In this document: piece after piece, positions 1-10,111 of the stretch | Layout of the letters: each line of letters begins with the position of its first letter | Numbering within the stretch: the first letter of the stretch is position 1 | NCBI GenBank assembly: GCA_963830915.1 | Contig: CAWHOE010000045.1 | Location: forward strand, 14,742-78,741 | Origin: a candidate division FCPU426 bacterium | GTDB taxonomy: Bacteria; Oederibacteriota; Muellerivitia; Muellerivitales; Muellerivitaceae | Direction of reading: 5' to 3' | Length of the DNA: 64,000 nucleotides | Translations under genes and position numbers: made by a program | The notes under the pieces: generated by a model | Database searches by the model: none | What the model saw: the letters and a program-made list of their open reading frames with translations, nothing else | Told to the model about the DNA's origin: nothing

Positions 1-2
1 AA

Positions 3-920
3 GCGAATCTGAACCAGGCTTTCATTCCCCAGGGGGCGACTGTCATCCCCAACCCTGTCGGGACGGCCCCCGGGTTCATCGTCAAAGTTTCCAAAACCCT
101 CCTGGTGTGCTTGCCCGGAGTTCCGGTCGAGATGAAGGCTATGTTCGAGGCGACGGTTAAGCCGCAGGTGAAGACCTTGGCGCCTACCGGCGCCATCATC
201 AAGTCGAAAGTGTTCCGGACGACGGGTATCAGCGAATCCCTTTTGAATGAGAAGATACTGGATATCTTCGAGCGGTCCACCAATCCCACGGTCGGGGTGC
301 TGGCCCATTCGACCGGTGTGGATATCCGATTGACCGCCAAAGCGGCCAGCGAGGCGGAAGCGGACATTCTTCTGGAGAACCTTGGGAAAACCCTGACCAC
401 CCGCCTTCCTAACACGATCTATGGGCTGGACCAGGATAATCTGGAAAACATCATCGGTCAATTGCTCATGACCCGCCATCTGACCCTGGCGGTGGCCGAG
501 TCCTGCACGGGCGGCCTGATCACCCACCGGATCACCCAGGTCCCCGGCAGTTCAAACTACTTATTGAGAGGTTATGTTCTTTATAGTAATGAATCCAAGA
601 CCGAGGCCATTCAGGTGGGCGCGGAATTGATCAGAACAAAAGGCGCGGTCAGCAAGGAAGTGGCATTGGCCATGGCCGAAAATGTCCGAAAAGTAAGTAA
701 AGCCTCCATTGGACTGGCCACCACCGGTATCGCTGGCCCGGGGGGCGGGACGAATGAAAAACCCGTTGGATTGGTCTATATCGGTATTTCGGATGAGGAG
801 TCGACCCAGGCATTCGAGTTCCGCTTTTCAGGGAATAGGGAAAATGTGAAGTTCAGGACCAGCCAAGCCGCGTTGGAGATATTGCGCCGTCATTGCCTGC
901 AACTGCCTCTGGTTGATTGA
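3..920 (+). CDS. cinA: Competence/damage-inducible protein CinA (MoCF-like domain + NMN deamidase PncC domain), 5' truncated by window edge
   Basis: Frame is open from base 3 (ANLNQAFIPQGATVIPNPVGTAPG...LPGVP); C-terminal motifs AVAESCTGGLI and TTGIAGPGGG..KPVGLVYI. Confidence 0.95.
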   Translation, partial: ANLNQAFIPQGATVIPNPVGTAPGFIVKVSKTLLVCLPGVPVEMKAMFEATVKPQVKTLAPTGAIIKSKVFRTTGISESLLNEKILDIFERSTNPTVGVLAHSTGVDIRLTAKAASEAEADILLENLGKTLTTRLPNTIYGLDQDNLENIIGQLLMTRHLTLAVAESCTGGLITHRITQVPGSSNYLLRGYVLYSNESKTEAIQVGAELIRTKGAVSKEVALAMAENVRKVSKASIGLATTGIAGPGGGTNEKPVGLVYIGISDEESTQAFEFRFSGNRENVKFRTSQAALEILRRHCLQLPLVD

Positions 921-933
921 GATACTATCGCCG

Positions 934-1506
934 ATGATCCGTCTTTTTACCGCCATTCCTTTAACCCAGTCGTTACGCCCGCCCCTGGTCGATTTATTGA
1001 GCGAGATGGCTAAAACCAGATCCCCGGTCAAGTGGGTGGAACCCGCGCAGCTTCATTTGACCTTGCGATTCATCGGGGACCAGGAAGAAGCCAAAATACC
1101 GGCTATTGAAAGTCAGTTGGAAGGGGCGGTGGTTGGGGTGGAGCCCTTCGAGATCGAATTGGGCGGGGTTGGAGCCTTCCCGAACCTGAAGCATCCCAAG
1201 GTTCTCTTTGTGCCTGTCTTGTCTGGCCAAGAAAAGCTTTCTCGACTTTTCACGGAAATTTCAAAAGGGTTGGAAAAGGTCGGTTTGGGCCCGGAAGAGA
1301 AACCATATCATGCCCACTTGACCTTGGGGAGGGTCAAGACTTCGGGGGATATTTCCATAGTTGTTCAAAAACTCCAAACCGAATGCCCCGCCACTTTGGG
1401 GAAAATGACAGTGGATCATTTTGTTCTGTTTCGTAGTCAACTGAGGTCTCAAGGGCCTCTTTATACTGAACTGAAAAAGTTCGACTTGAAGGCAAAAGGC
1501 ATTTAA
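934..1506 (+). CDS. thpR: RNA 2',3'-cyclic phosphodiesterase (2H family, LigT/ThpR)
   Basis: Two HxT motifs (LHLTLRFIG, AHLTLGR); starts MIRLFTAI; usual position after cinA. ATG 934 preferred to the ORF-track start 913. Confidence 0.92.
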   Translation: MIRLFTAIPLTQSLRPPLVDLLSEMAKTRSPVKWVEPAQLHLTLRFIGDQEEAKIPAIESQLEGAVVGVEPFEIELGGVGAFPNLKHPKVLFVPVLSGQEKLSRLFTEISKGLEKVGLGPEEKPYHAHLTLGRVKTSGDISIVVQKLQTECPATLGKMTVDHFVLFRSQLRSQGPLYTELKKFDLKAKGI

Positions 1507-1516
1507 CCACCAAGGG

Positions 1517-1562
1517 CACCATACCGACCTCGTTTTATATTTTATTGAAGGTCGGCATGGTG
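1517..1562. repeat. REP-like inverted repeat (CACCATRCCGACCT arms)
   Basis: caccataccgacct 1517-1530 and aggtcggcatggtg 1549-1562; related copy in opposite orientation at 57511-57555. Confidence 0.7.
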
Positions 1563-1651
1563 TATTGGTGGTTCAATTTGTTTTGATTTTTGGGATGTAT
1601 TCTTTGACTATTGTTTTTTGTATCATGAGGCCATCAATTAAAGGAGTTACC

Positions 1652-2143
1652 GTGACCGACCAAACCCCAGCCCCACTTGAGAGGGAACCGACCGAAGAGG
1701 AAATACAGGAACAGATCAAGAATTTCCAGGCGACCCAGCAGGTCTATCTACAGCAGAGCTTCAAGTGGCTCATCGATTTCGTTTCCAGCTATTTTCCCGA
1801 GGACCAACTGGCCATGGAAGACGCCATCACGGATGTGCATTTCATCCATACGGTCACTGAAGGCGGGAAAATGCTGGGCGCCTTGGTCTACCGTTTCCGC
1901 AAAGTGCAGGATAAAAAGGGTTATTTCACTGAAATCGCCAAGGATTACCAAGAGGCTTTGGGAGTCAAAGACGTGCTTTTTGTGGATTCGGAAACCTCCG
2001 AGTTCAATATGCCGGCATCGCTGGAAGTGGAGGGGAATCTTTTGGAAATTCCACGCGAGAAACTGACCGGGAAAATAAGGGAATTGCGCGAGGAACTCAA
2101 GCGCCGAGGACGCCTCCGCTCACTCAGAGAAAGCATGTCCTAA
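1652..2143 (+). CDS. Hypothetical cytoplasmic protein
   Basis: AAGGAG RBS before GTG 1652; charged, protein-like composition; no motif recognised. Confidence 0.7.
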   Translation: MTDQTPAPLEREPTEEEIQEQIKNFQATQQVYLQQSFKWLIDFVSSYFPEDQLAMEDAITDVHFIHTVTEGGKMLGALVYRFRKVQDKKGYFTEIAKDYQEALGVKDVLFVDSETSEFNMPASLEVEGNLLEIPREKLTGKIRELREELKRRGRLRSLRESMS

Positions 2144-2153
2144 GGAGCATCCT

Positions 2154-3299
2154 GTGCCACGCCCAAAGCCCGCGTCCCCTACGAACTTGATGATGTATGC
2201 CGCCAGCGAGTACGACTCCAACCTTTATTACGCGGTCAAGTTCTCGGTGCCAGATCCTTTCCCGTTCTTCAATATCGGGGGAAAAACCATCATCTTAATG
2301 AGCGACCTGGAATTGAGCCGGGCCCAGAAGCAAGCCAAGGTGGATGAGGTGGTTCCTTATTCGGACATCCAATTACAAGCTAAGAAACAGGGCGTGGAAA
2401 GACCTGGTGTGGCGGATGTGACGGCGTGTTTCCTGAAGAGGAAGAAAGTCCGCGAGATCACGGTCCCTTATAACTTCAACCTGGGTTTGGCCGACGCCTT
2501 ACGCCAGAGGGGTATAAGGGTTTTTAGCAAGGAAGAGCCGTTTTTTGAGGAAAGGGTCACGAAATCGACCGAAGAGATCCGGAAGATCACCCAGTCCCTT
2601 CGGCATACTGAGGCGGCTATCCATAAGGTGGAAAACCTGCTCCGGGCCTCCAAGGTCGTAGGTAAGAAGATAGCCTACCGGGGCCAATGGGTGACCTCTG
2701 AACTGCTGAAAAAAGTTCTCAATGTTTCCATGATGGAAAATAATTGTATCGGCAGTCATACCATCGTGGCCAGCGGCGACCAGGGATGCGACCCACACCA
2801 AGAGGGCTCGGGATTCATTTGGGCGAACCAGTCGCTGGTCGTGGATGTTTTTCCCAGGTCGGCCGATACATTCTATTACGCCGATATCACCCGTACCTTC
2901 GTGAAGGGAAAACCAAGTCCGGCCTTGAAGGCCCAGTACGAGGCGGTCAAAACCGCCCAAGAGAAGGGGATCGGTATGGTCGCCCCCGGGGTGAATGGCA
3001 AAGATGTGCATAAGGCCATCCAGGCCGATATGGAATCCAAGGGATATATGACCGAACGAAGGATGGGGACCATGGTCGGGTTTTTCCATGGCACCGGGCA
3101 TGGGCTGGGTTTGGATGTGCACGAGGCGCCGCGAGTGAACGCCTCCGACCATGTCCTTCGAAAGGGAGAGGTCATTACCGTTGAGCCGGGGCTGTACTAT
3201 CCCGGGGTTGGCGCCGTGCGGATCGAAGACTTGCTGGTCGTGACCCCGAAGGGGCATCGAAACCTAACGGTTTATCCTAAAAAGTTCGAGATCCCTTGA
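2154..3299 (+). CDS. Xaa-Pro aminopeptidase/dipeptidase, M24 family
   Basis: Motifs YYADITRT, HGTGHGLGLDVHE, TVEPGLY, VRIED. Confidence 0.95.
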   Translation: MPRPKPASPTNLMMYAASEYDSNLYYAVKFSVPDPFPFFNIGGKTIILMSDLELSRAQKQAKVDEVVPYSDIQLQAKKQGVERPGVADVTACFLKRKKVREITVPYNFNLGLADALRQRGIRVFSKEEPFFEERVTKSTEEIRKITQSLRHTEAAIHKVENLLRASKVVGKKIAYRGQWVTSELLKKVLNVSMMENNCIGSHTIVASGDQGCDPHQEGSGFIWANQSLVVDVFPRSADTFYYADITRTFVKGKPSPALKAQYEAVKTAQEKGIGMVAPGVNGKDVHKAIQADMESKGYMTERRMGTMVGFFHGTGHGLGLDVHEAPRVNASDHVLRKGEVITVEPGLYYPGVGAVRIEDLLVVTPKGHRNLTVYPKKFEIP

Positions 3300-3346
3300 G
3301 TTGAACTCAGTAAAAAATATTCCCCGGTATCGTCCTGGAGGACGTC

Positions 3347-4204
3347 ATTAATTCGACCGACAAGATCAACGCGGATTTTAATAAGTACATCCAACAGCCG
3401 ACCGACCGGTGGAGCCTGGCGGAGGGAGCTTTGTTGATCGCCCGGCACGAATATCCACGTCTTAAAACGGCCCCTTATCTCGCTTTGCTGAAGGAAATGG
3501 GTGGAGAGGTATTCCATCGGACAGCCCCCTGCAATAGCCCTGAGAAGAAGCTGGAAAAGCTCAACGAGTTTTTTTTCGGGGACCTGGGCTTCAAGGCGAA
3601 TGAAAAGGATTATTACGACCCCCAAAACAGTTATTTATCCGATGTGATGGACCGGAGATTAGGGATTCCCATTACCATGTCGGTCGTTTATCTGGAATTG
3701 GGGTGGATGGCCGAGCTGCCCCTTGTCGGGATCAATTTCCCCGGCCGATTCCTGGTGGCCTGGAAACAATCGACGGCGGACGTTCGCCGGAACATATATG
3801 TCGACGTTTTCGACGGCGGGAAGACGCTGGACCAGGCCAGCCTGAAAAAGATACTGCGTCGGTATCTACCCGATGACGTCAAGTTCGAGCCCCTCCGCCA
3901 TCTTCGAACGGCTGGGATCAAGGATATCCTTCACCGCATCCTGTTGAATTTGAAAAGCATCCATTCGGATAGGGGGCAAGTGGAGAGGGCGTTATGGACA
4001 GCGGAATGGATGGTCAAACTGAAGCCCGGGGATATGGACAGTGTCCGGGACCTGGGTGTCTTTTGTTATTCCTTGGGGAAAATAGAAGAGGCGGAAGCGG
4101 CCTTGTCCCTGTACCTGGAAAACGCCGAAAAATCGCCGGATTATTCCCGGATATGGCAGTTGCTTCAATCGATCAAGGCCCAGCACCCTACCAATTTAAA
4201 CTAA
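3347..4204 (+). CDS. SirB1-family / transglutaminase-like protein with C-terminal TPR; start uncertain (ATT 3347 or TTG 3431)
   Basis: YYDPQNSYL..V..RRLGIPI, GINFPGRFLV, ILHRILLNLK, RDLG; the frame upstream of 3431 reads ..WSLAEGALLIA..EYP. Confidence 0.85.
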   Translation: MNSTDKINADFNKYIQQPTDRWSLAEGALLIARHEYPRLKTAPYLALLKEMGGEVFHRTAPCNSPEKKLEKLNEFFFGDLGFKANEKDYYDPQNSYLSDVMDRRLGIPITMSVVYLELGWMAELPLVGINFPGRFLVAWKQSTADVRRNIYVDVFDGGKTLDQASLKKILRRYLPDDVKFEPLRHLRTAGIKDILHRILLNLKSIHSDRGQVERALWTAEWMVKLKPGDMDSVRDLGVFCYSLGKIEEAEAALSLYLENAEKSPDYSRIWQLLQSIKAQHPTNLN

Positions 4205-4364
4205 AGGGATCACCAGAACATCCAGGTGGATAGCACCAAAAGAACGCCACCCTTTATCATCAAGGAAGTGTCCATTGTTTTTTTTCCTCTCATGAGCATC
4301 CAAAAACCGACCATGCCCACCAGGCTTGAGATAGCCCCTTTGACCAGGTCCATTCCCGAAATGT

Positions 4365-6191
4365 TCATTTGCTATCCTTATCTGAAGTTAAGTCAATAAT
4401 ATCAGAGATCCCCTCGAAAACTTTATGGGCGATCGGAGCGGCCACGTCCTTGCCCGTGCCGCCGTTCTCGGCCAGGATGGCCATGGCGATCTTGGGGTTC
4501 TGGGCCGGGGCGAAACAGATGAACCAAGCGTGGAAATTCGGGTCCCGGGAGCCGGAAGTACCGGTCTTGCCCGCTATCTTGATGCCCTTCACCCGCGCCT
4601 TGACCCCGATACCCCTCTCCACGTCATTGACCATCATGGTGGTGAGGAATTGGGCGGTCTGGCGGCTGATGGTGTTCTTGTAGACCTGGGGTTTGTTCTC
4701 TTCCAGGACCTTGCCGTTGATATTGGTCAACTTATCGACCATGTAGGGTGACATCATGACCCCGTCGTCGGCGATGGCCGAGGCGATCAAGGCGGCGTTC
4801 ATGGGGGTGATGCGGAAATCCTTCCCCAAGCCGGTGGCGGCCTCGGCAAGCTCGTATTTGGTCAGGCCCAGTTTAGGGGAGACGCCCATGGACATGGGGA
4901 TGTTGATGGTCTTGGGGAGGGAATTGAACCCGAAACGATTGTTGAATTCGAAAAGGGTGTCCTCGCCCAGGGTTGAGCCCAGTTTGGCGTAGGCCATGTT
5001 GCAGGAAGTATCGAAGGCCTCCTCCAAACTGCGGATGGTCTTGTGCTTTTGCCAATCATAGAAGATCTTCCCGTCGATGTAGGTATATCCCTTGCAGTAA
5101 AGGGGGAAGACGGTGTTCAGGTTGAGGTTCTTTTCCACCGCGGCGGCGGAAGTGACGATCTTGATGATGGACCCTGGTTCGTAAAGACTTTCCAACGCAC
5201 GGTCTTTCAAGGGCGTGTTTTTGTTGCCGATATAATCCCACCAGCCTTCGTGGATCTTCTCAGGCGTGAAGGTCGGTTGGGATACACAGCCAAGGATCTC
5301 GCCGGTTCGGGGGTTCAGAACAACGATAGCTCCTTTTTGCCAACCCATGGCCTTGGAAAGCACCCTCTGGATACGGCTATCCAATGTCAGGTAAAGTTTG
5401 TTGCCGGGGAAATAGGACTGATAGACTTTCTCCAGACCGGCCGAGCCTCGATTATTGGTTTCGTTGGTGTCGTAATACCCGATGATATGGGCGAATTCTT
5501 TCCCGAAGGGATAGCCTTTCTCGCCGTTCTTGGCCCATTCCAAAGCCAGGGGAACCCCATTGCGGTCGAATATGTAATAGATGGAACCGCGGTCGCGTTC
5601 TTCGCGGGCTTGTTCCAAAAGCACCTGGATCTTTTTGTTCTTGGGGTCGAGGTTCAGGGCTTGTTCATATTCCTTCTCGCCCTTGGCGACTTGACCCATG
5701 GCCCTTTCGGTGGTGCCCAGGGCGATGTAAACATCCGGGTTGTTGGATTGAAGCTCCAGCGCGTGTTGAAGTTCCAGTTCCGCTTCCTGATATTTCCCGT
5801 CATCGATGAATAATTGGCCTGTTTTCAAGTGATTGAAACGTCGGCTAAAAGTCAGGCCTTGCTTGATGGCCTGGTCATATAAGTCCTTGGCTTTGTCCAA
5901 GTTGCCGGCCTTGATCTCCACCAGGCCCAGACCGTCGATGGCCCTGGCGTTACCGGGGTTGCGGGTCAAGACCTTGTTGAATTCCATGCGGGAAAGTTCC
6001 AGGTCGCCCTTACGCCAATATTTGAGTCCCTGGAGGTAGTTATACTGGTTCATCAGGAATGTTTTGGAGGTCACCAATCCGCAGAAAATGATGATGATCA
6101 GGACGACCGTGCGGGCGGAGGGAAGCTTGGTGCGTTTTTTTCTCGACAGGGACATGGGTTTGTAACGGCTGAACGGATCGATAAAGGCCAT
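4365..6191 (-). CDS. Class B penicillin-binding protein (transpeptidase) with N-terminal TM and TPR repeats
   Basis: SxxK (EPGSIIK), SxN (SCN) and KTG (AGKTGT) motifs; about 4 TPR-like repeats after the TM. Confidence 0.9.
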   Translation of the reverse strand: MAFIDPFSRYKPMSLSRKKRTKLPSARTVVLIIIIFCGLVTSKTFLMNQYNYLQGLKYWRKGDLELSRMEFNKVLTRNPGNARAIDGLGLVEIKAGNLDKAKDLYDQAIKQGLTFSRRFNHLKTGQLFIDDGKYQEAELELQHALELQSNNPDVYIALGTTERAMGQVAKGEKEYEQALNLDPKNKKIQVLLEQAREERDRGSIYYIFDRNGVPLALEWAKNGEKGYPFGKEFAHIIGYYDTNETNNRGSAGLEKVYQSYFPGNKLYLTLDSRIQRVLSKAMGWQKGAIVVLNPRTGEILGCVSQPTFTPEKIHEGWWDYIGNKNTPLKDRALESLYEPGSIIKIVTSAAAVEKNLNLNTVFPLYCKGYTYIDGKIFYDWQKHKTIRSLEEAFDTSCNMAYAKLGSTLGEDTLFEFNNRFGFNSLPKTINIPMSMGVSPKLGLTKYELAEAATGLGKDFRITPMNAALIASAIADDGVMMSPYMVDKLTNINGKVLEENKPQVYKNTISRQTAQFLTTMMVNDVERGIGVKARVKGIKIAGKTGTSGSRDPNFHAWFICFAPAQNPKIAMAILAENGGTGKDVAAPIAHKVFEGISDIIDLTSDKDSK

Positions 6192-6367
6192 AAATTAAAA
6201 TTCTCCTTGGTGAATCAAAGCATTTTAATGGTAATGAAGAAGGAATAAAGGGAAAAAAGCGGCGGGAGGGGCTTAATTGGCCCTGAAAACGTTGCGACTT
6301 TGTTCCCCTGAAGGATAAGATAACTTTTGCAGGCTGGTTCAAGCTTTTTGCGGCCAAAGGAATCTAA

Positions 6368-7594
6368 GTGGAAACCGCCATTCTCACCCTTTTGATCATC
6401 AACCTGATCCTCGTTGGGATCCTTCTATCCAGGAAAGCCGCTGGTTCTCCCGGCGAGTCGATGCAACGTTCTTTCGATGACTTGTCCAAAGGGCAAGAAA
6501 AGCTTGAGCGGGCCTTGAGGGAAGAGATCGGCCGAAACCGCGAGGAAGCTAACACGAACGCCAAACTATCCCGCGAAGAATTAGGGAGTCAGCTCATGAT
6601 CCTGACCCAGGGAAATGAACAAAGGCTGGAGCGGATGAGGGAAACCATCGAGAACCGGCTGAAAATACTTCAGGACGATAACGGACAGAAGTTGGAACAG
6701 ATGCGGGCGGTGGTGGATGAGAAGCTTCAATCGACCCTGGAAAAGCGCCTGGGTGATTCCTTCAAGATGGTCAGTGAAAGACTGGAACAGGTGCATCAAG
6801 GGCTAGGGGAAATGCAGAATCTGGCCGCAAATGTGGGTGACCTGAAGAAAGTGCTGACCAATGTGAAAACCAGGGGGACCTGGGGAGAGGTTCAATTGGG
6901 AAGCCTGATGGAACAAGTCCTGACACCCGAACAATACGCCACTAACCAAGAGACCAAAAAGGGAAGCGGCGAAAGGGTCGAGTTCGCCATTAAATTGCCG
7001 GGTCGGGATAAGGACGAAAGCCAGGAGGTTTGGCTTCCGGTGGACGCCAAATTCCCTCAGGAAGATTACCAACGTCTGGTCGATGCTCAAGAAAAGGGTG
7101 ATGTTTCGTTGGCGGAGGAAGCGTCCAAAGCGCTTGAGACCCGAATTAAACAGGAAGCCAAGGACATCAAGACCAAATATCTTGATCCGCCCCATACCAC
7201 CGATTTTGCCATTCTTTTTCTCGCCACCGAGGGTCTTTACGCTGAAGTGGCCCGACGCCCGGCCTTGATGGACCAGCTTCAACGCGACTTTCGGGTCGTG
7301 GTGAGCGGGCCCAATACATTCGCGGCCCTATTGAACAGTCTACAGATTGGATTCAGGACGTTGGCCATCGAAAAGAGGACCAGCGAAGTTTGGGGCATAT
7401 TGGGGATGGTGAAAAACGAGTTTGGAAAGTTCACGGAGTTGTTGGAAAAAACCCATAAAAAGTTGCAGGAAGCAAGCAACACCATAGAAAGCGCGGCCAA
7501 GAAAACTCGGACCATCGAAAAGAGATTGAAGAACGTGGAAGGCCTGCCTGTTTCCGAAAAACCTGAAATAGGGGAAATGGATGGGGAGGAATAA
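6368..7594 (+). CDS. rmuC: DNA recombination protein RmuC
   Basis: NVKTRGTWGEVQL, LPVDAKFP, YLDPPHTTDFAILF, EGLYAE, LNSLQIGFRTLAIEKR. Confidence 0.95.
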   Translation: METAILTLLIINLILVGILLSRKAAGSPGESMQRSFDDLSKGQEKLERALREEIGRNREEANTNAKLSREELGSQLMILTQGNEQRLERMRETIENRLKILQDDNGQKLEQMRAVVDEKLQSTLEKRLGDSFKMVSERLEQVHQGLGEMQNLAANVGDLKKVLTNVKTRGTWGEVQLGSLMEQVLTPEQYATNQETKKGSGERVEFAIKLPGRDKDESQEVWLPVDAKFPQEDYQRLVDAQEKGDVSLAEEASKALETRIKQEAKDIKTKYLDPPHTTDFAILFLATEGLYAEVARRPALMDQLQRDFRVVVSGPNTFAALLNSLQIGFRTLAIEKRTSEVWGILGMVKNEFGKFTELLEKTHKKLQEASNTIESAAKKTRTIEKRLKNVEGLPVSEKPEIGEMDGEE

Positions 7595-7669
7595 TTCCGA
7601 GAAAGACCGGTTGCTGGATGGGTTAAAACACCATTAAATAAACAGCAAATATTAAAAAATGGTTAATTA

Positions 7670-7698
7670 TTGACCTGCTTTTTAAGGACTCCTATAGT
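7670..7698 (+). promoter_or_regulatory. Sigma70-type promoter
   Basis: TTGACC-17nt-TATAGT in AT-rich DNA upstream of 7839. Confidence 0.6.
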
Positions 7699-7838
7699 AG
7701 TTAAGAAATATGCGGTTATAAGAAATGGTTGAATGACTCAGTAAACCCTCTACTTATAACGCAAACCTAAATGGCTTCCTGAATCCAAAAGTGGACCGTT
7801 AAACCACCTTGCGAAGTAAGGAAAGCAAAGGAGTTTCA

Positions 7839-10061
7839 ATGCTCATCAACGCCATTGTCCCCGGTTGTTACCATATAGAAGGTCCGGAAGAGTCGGCACT
7901 CCTTGGAAGTCCCGCTGAGATCCTCAAAGTCCTTTTAAAACAAAAGAAAAAAATCCCTCACGTCGGAATACTTCCCGATATTTCGCACATTAACGGCGTT
8001 TCCCAAATGGCCTTGGAATTCCTGGGTTATTGGTTCTTGTTCGTCGACCAGGGTTTTCAACAAGGAAAAAAATTCCGTATTTTGGGCACTAAGGATATGT
8101 GTGAACGGCTTTATGACATCCTGCGCGTGACCCTACTGGGGCCCACCTTGGCGGAGATGAAAAAATGGGGCTTGAGCAAAGCTCGGGCTGAGATGATCTG
8201 CAAAATGACCGAAGGCATGGCCATTCAAAAGAAAGGTGTGGTCCAGCAGATAGAGGATTTGTTCGAGTTCGTGACCATGCCGGATGAGGAAGGGGAAGTG
8301 TCCGTCCCTATTTTCGCCGGAACCAGTGATTATATGATCAAAAGGCTTGGCGGTAACTGCTATGAGGTTTCCGACCATGGCCAAACCCAAAAGTTAGATC
8401 TAAATTTTCAAGGCGAACAGATGGCTCCCCTGGCCGATTTGACTGGTCCGGTGGAAAAACCCGAAGCCCTAAGACTGAAAGTTCTGGGCTGTTACTCCGG
8501 GTTCGACCCGGCGGGACCTACAACGGGACTGCTCTTGTGGGTAAATGGCAATGGTTTTCTCGTGGATTCTTCTTCTGGTATTAGTAAATATCTTCGGCAA
8601 GTGGGGGTTTCCAAGGACCGATTGACCGCCATCATTCAAACCCATGTTCATGATGACCATTGTGCCTTGAGTGAATTGATGCTTTCCGAGCATTCTTTTA
8701 CTTTGATCACCACAAGGGAAATATTTGAAACGACCGTGTTGAAGGTGGCCAGGGTCATTGGGGAATCGCCTGAGATGGTCAAACTCATGGTGAACTTCAT
8801 CGAGGTCATTCCGGGCAAAAGCTACAACATGTACGGAGCGATCTGGGAGTTCTTCTATACGGTACATTCCATCCCTACCATTGGTTTCAGGGTGACGGTC
8901 CAGGATGAGAACGGAAAGCCCTATACCATCCTTCATTCCAGCGACCTGGATAATTTCAAGGGAATTGGGCAGTTGGTTTCAAATGGGGTGGTAAGTCAGG
9001 AACATTTCGACCGCATGAAGAACCTGGTTCGGGGCGATGAGTGCTTGGCCATGTTGGATGCGGGCGGCGGTATGATCCACGGGGAACCATTCGATTGGGA
9101 TGAGACTATCGCTAAGAACCCTGGGACAGAATTCCTTTTCTACCATATCAATCCCTCGAAAGTGGACAGAGCCAAATACCAAGTGGGCGAGCCGGGGTGG
9201 GGAAAGACTTTCCTGAAAGAACGGACCTATTCCCAATCGGTCTATAACGGGGTCATTCAAGCCTTGAAGCTTTTTGAGGTGAAGGACCCAACTTGGCTGA
9301 ACATACTCTTTTCCCGAGGGCAAGTGGTCGAGTTCCCGGCGAACGCGGAAGTTGTGCGAAAGGGGCAGGAAGGCGATAGTTTTTATTTCATCCTTTCCGG
9401 TTCCCTCGATGTGATGGACCCTGAGAACAAAAAAGATCCCCTTCTTGCCACTTTGGAAAGCGGCGATTTTTTTGGGGAAATGTCCATCATTAACAAATCA
9501 AAGACCAATGCGACGGTTCAAGCCAAGACCCCGGTGACCCTCTTCAAGTTGGCGGGAGAACTATTCCTGGAATTCGTTGAAAAGAACGATTTGAAAGAGA
9601 ATTTTTCAAGCCTTTGGAAAAGGCGTCCGGTCATTTCCGCTGTGGCGATTTTCAGGGACCTGGACCCGACAGCCAAACACGAGATTTCGCTTCTGGCCAG
9701 AAGCCAGACTTTCCATAAGGACGAGTTAGTGATGAGACAGGGAAGCAAGACGGAGGATTTTTATATTATTTCCTCGGGCAAGGTCGAGATCTTCCGGAAA
9801 AACGAGCATGGAAAAATGGTTTTTTCTGTTGAGTTAAAACCCGGGGATTTCTTTGGCGAGAATGTGGCCATGGGTTATACCGATAAAAGAAACGCAACCG
9901 CCAAGGCATTAACGGATGTCACGACCCTCGTAATCTCATCCAAGGAGCTTAGGCAGTTGGCCAAGAGAATGCCGATCTTGAGGCATCAACTTCACTTGGT
10001 TATGAAGCAACGGGGAGTGGCTGAAGAAGTTTTGGAGAAGGGTGTTGTTTCGATCAAGTAG
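7839..10061 (+). CDS. MBL-fold metallo-hydrolase with two C-terminal cyclic-nucleotide-binding domains (putative cNMP-regulated phosphodiesterase)
   Basis: THVHDDH metal motif, HSIPT, IHG; two cNMP domains (GDFFGEMS..TNATV; GDFFGENV..RNATA); AAGGAG RBS before ATG 7839. Confidence 0.85.
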   Translation: MLINAIVPGCYHIEGPEESALLGSPAEILKVLLKQKKKIPHVGILPDISHINGVSQMALEFLGYWFLFVDQGFQQGKKFRILGTKDMCERLYDILRVTLLGPTLAEMKKWGLSKARAEMICKMTEGMAIQKKGVVQQIEDLFEFVTMPDEEGEVSVPIFAGTSDYMIKRLGGNCYEVSDHGQTQKLDLNFQGEQMAPLADLTGPVEKPEALRLKVLGCYSGFDPAGPTTGLLLWVNGNGFLVDSSSGISKYLRQVGVSKDRLTAIIQTHVHDDHCALSELMLSEHSFTLITTREIFETTVLKVARVIGESPEMVKLMVNFIEVIPGKSYNMYGAIWEFFYTVHSIPTIGFRVTVQDENGKPYTILHSSDLDNFKGIGQLVSNGVVSQEHFDRMKNLVRGDECLAMLDAGGGMIHGEPFDWDETIAKNPGTEFLFYHINPSKVDRAKYQVGEPGWGKTFLKERTYSQSVYNGVIQALKLFEVKDPTWLNILFSRGQVVEFPANAEVVRKGQEGDSFYFILSGSLDVMDPENKKDPLLATLESGDFFGEMSIINKSKTNATVQAKTPVTLFKLAGELFLEFVEKNDLKENFSSLWKRRPVISAVAIFRDLDPTAKHEISLLARSQTFHKDELVMRQGSKTEDFYIISSGKVEIFRKNEHGKMVFSVELKPGDFFGENVAMGYTDKRNATAKALTDVTTLVISSKELRQLAKRMPILRHQLHLVMKQRGVAEEVLEKGVVSIK

Positions 10062-10111
10062 AGTAATACGGGTTATAAAAATAAGGGTTTAAAACACAAC
10101 AAGCTTGGATC

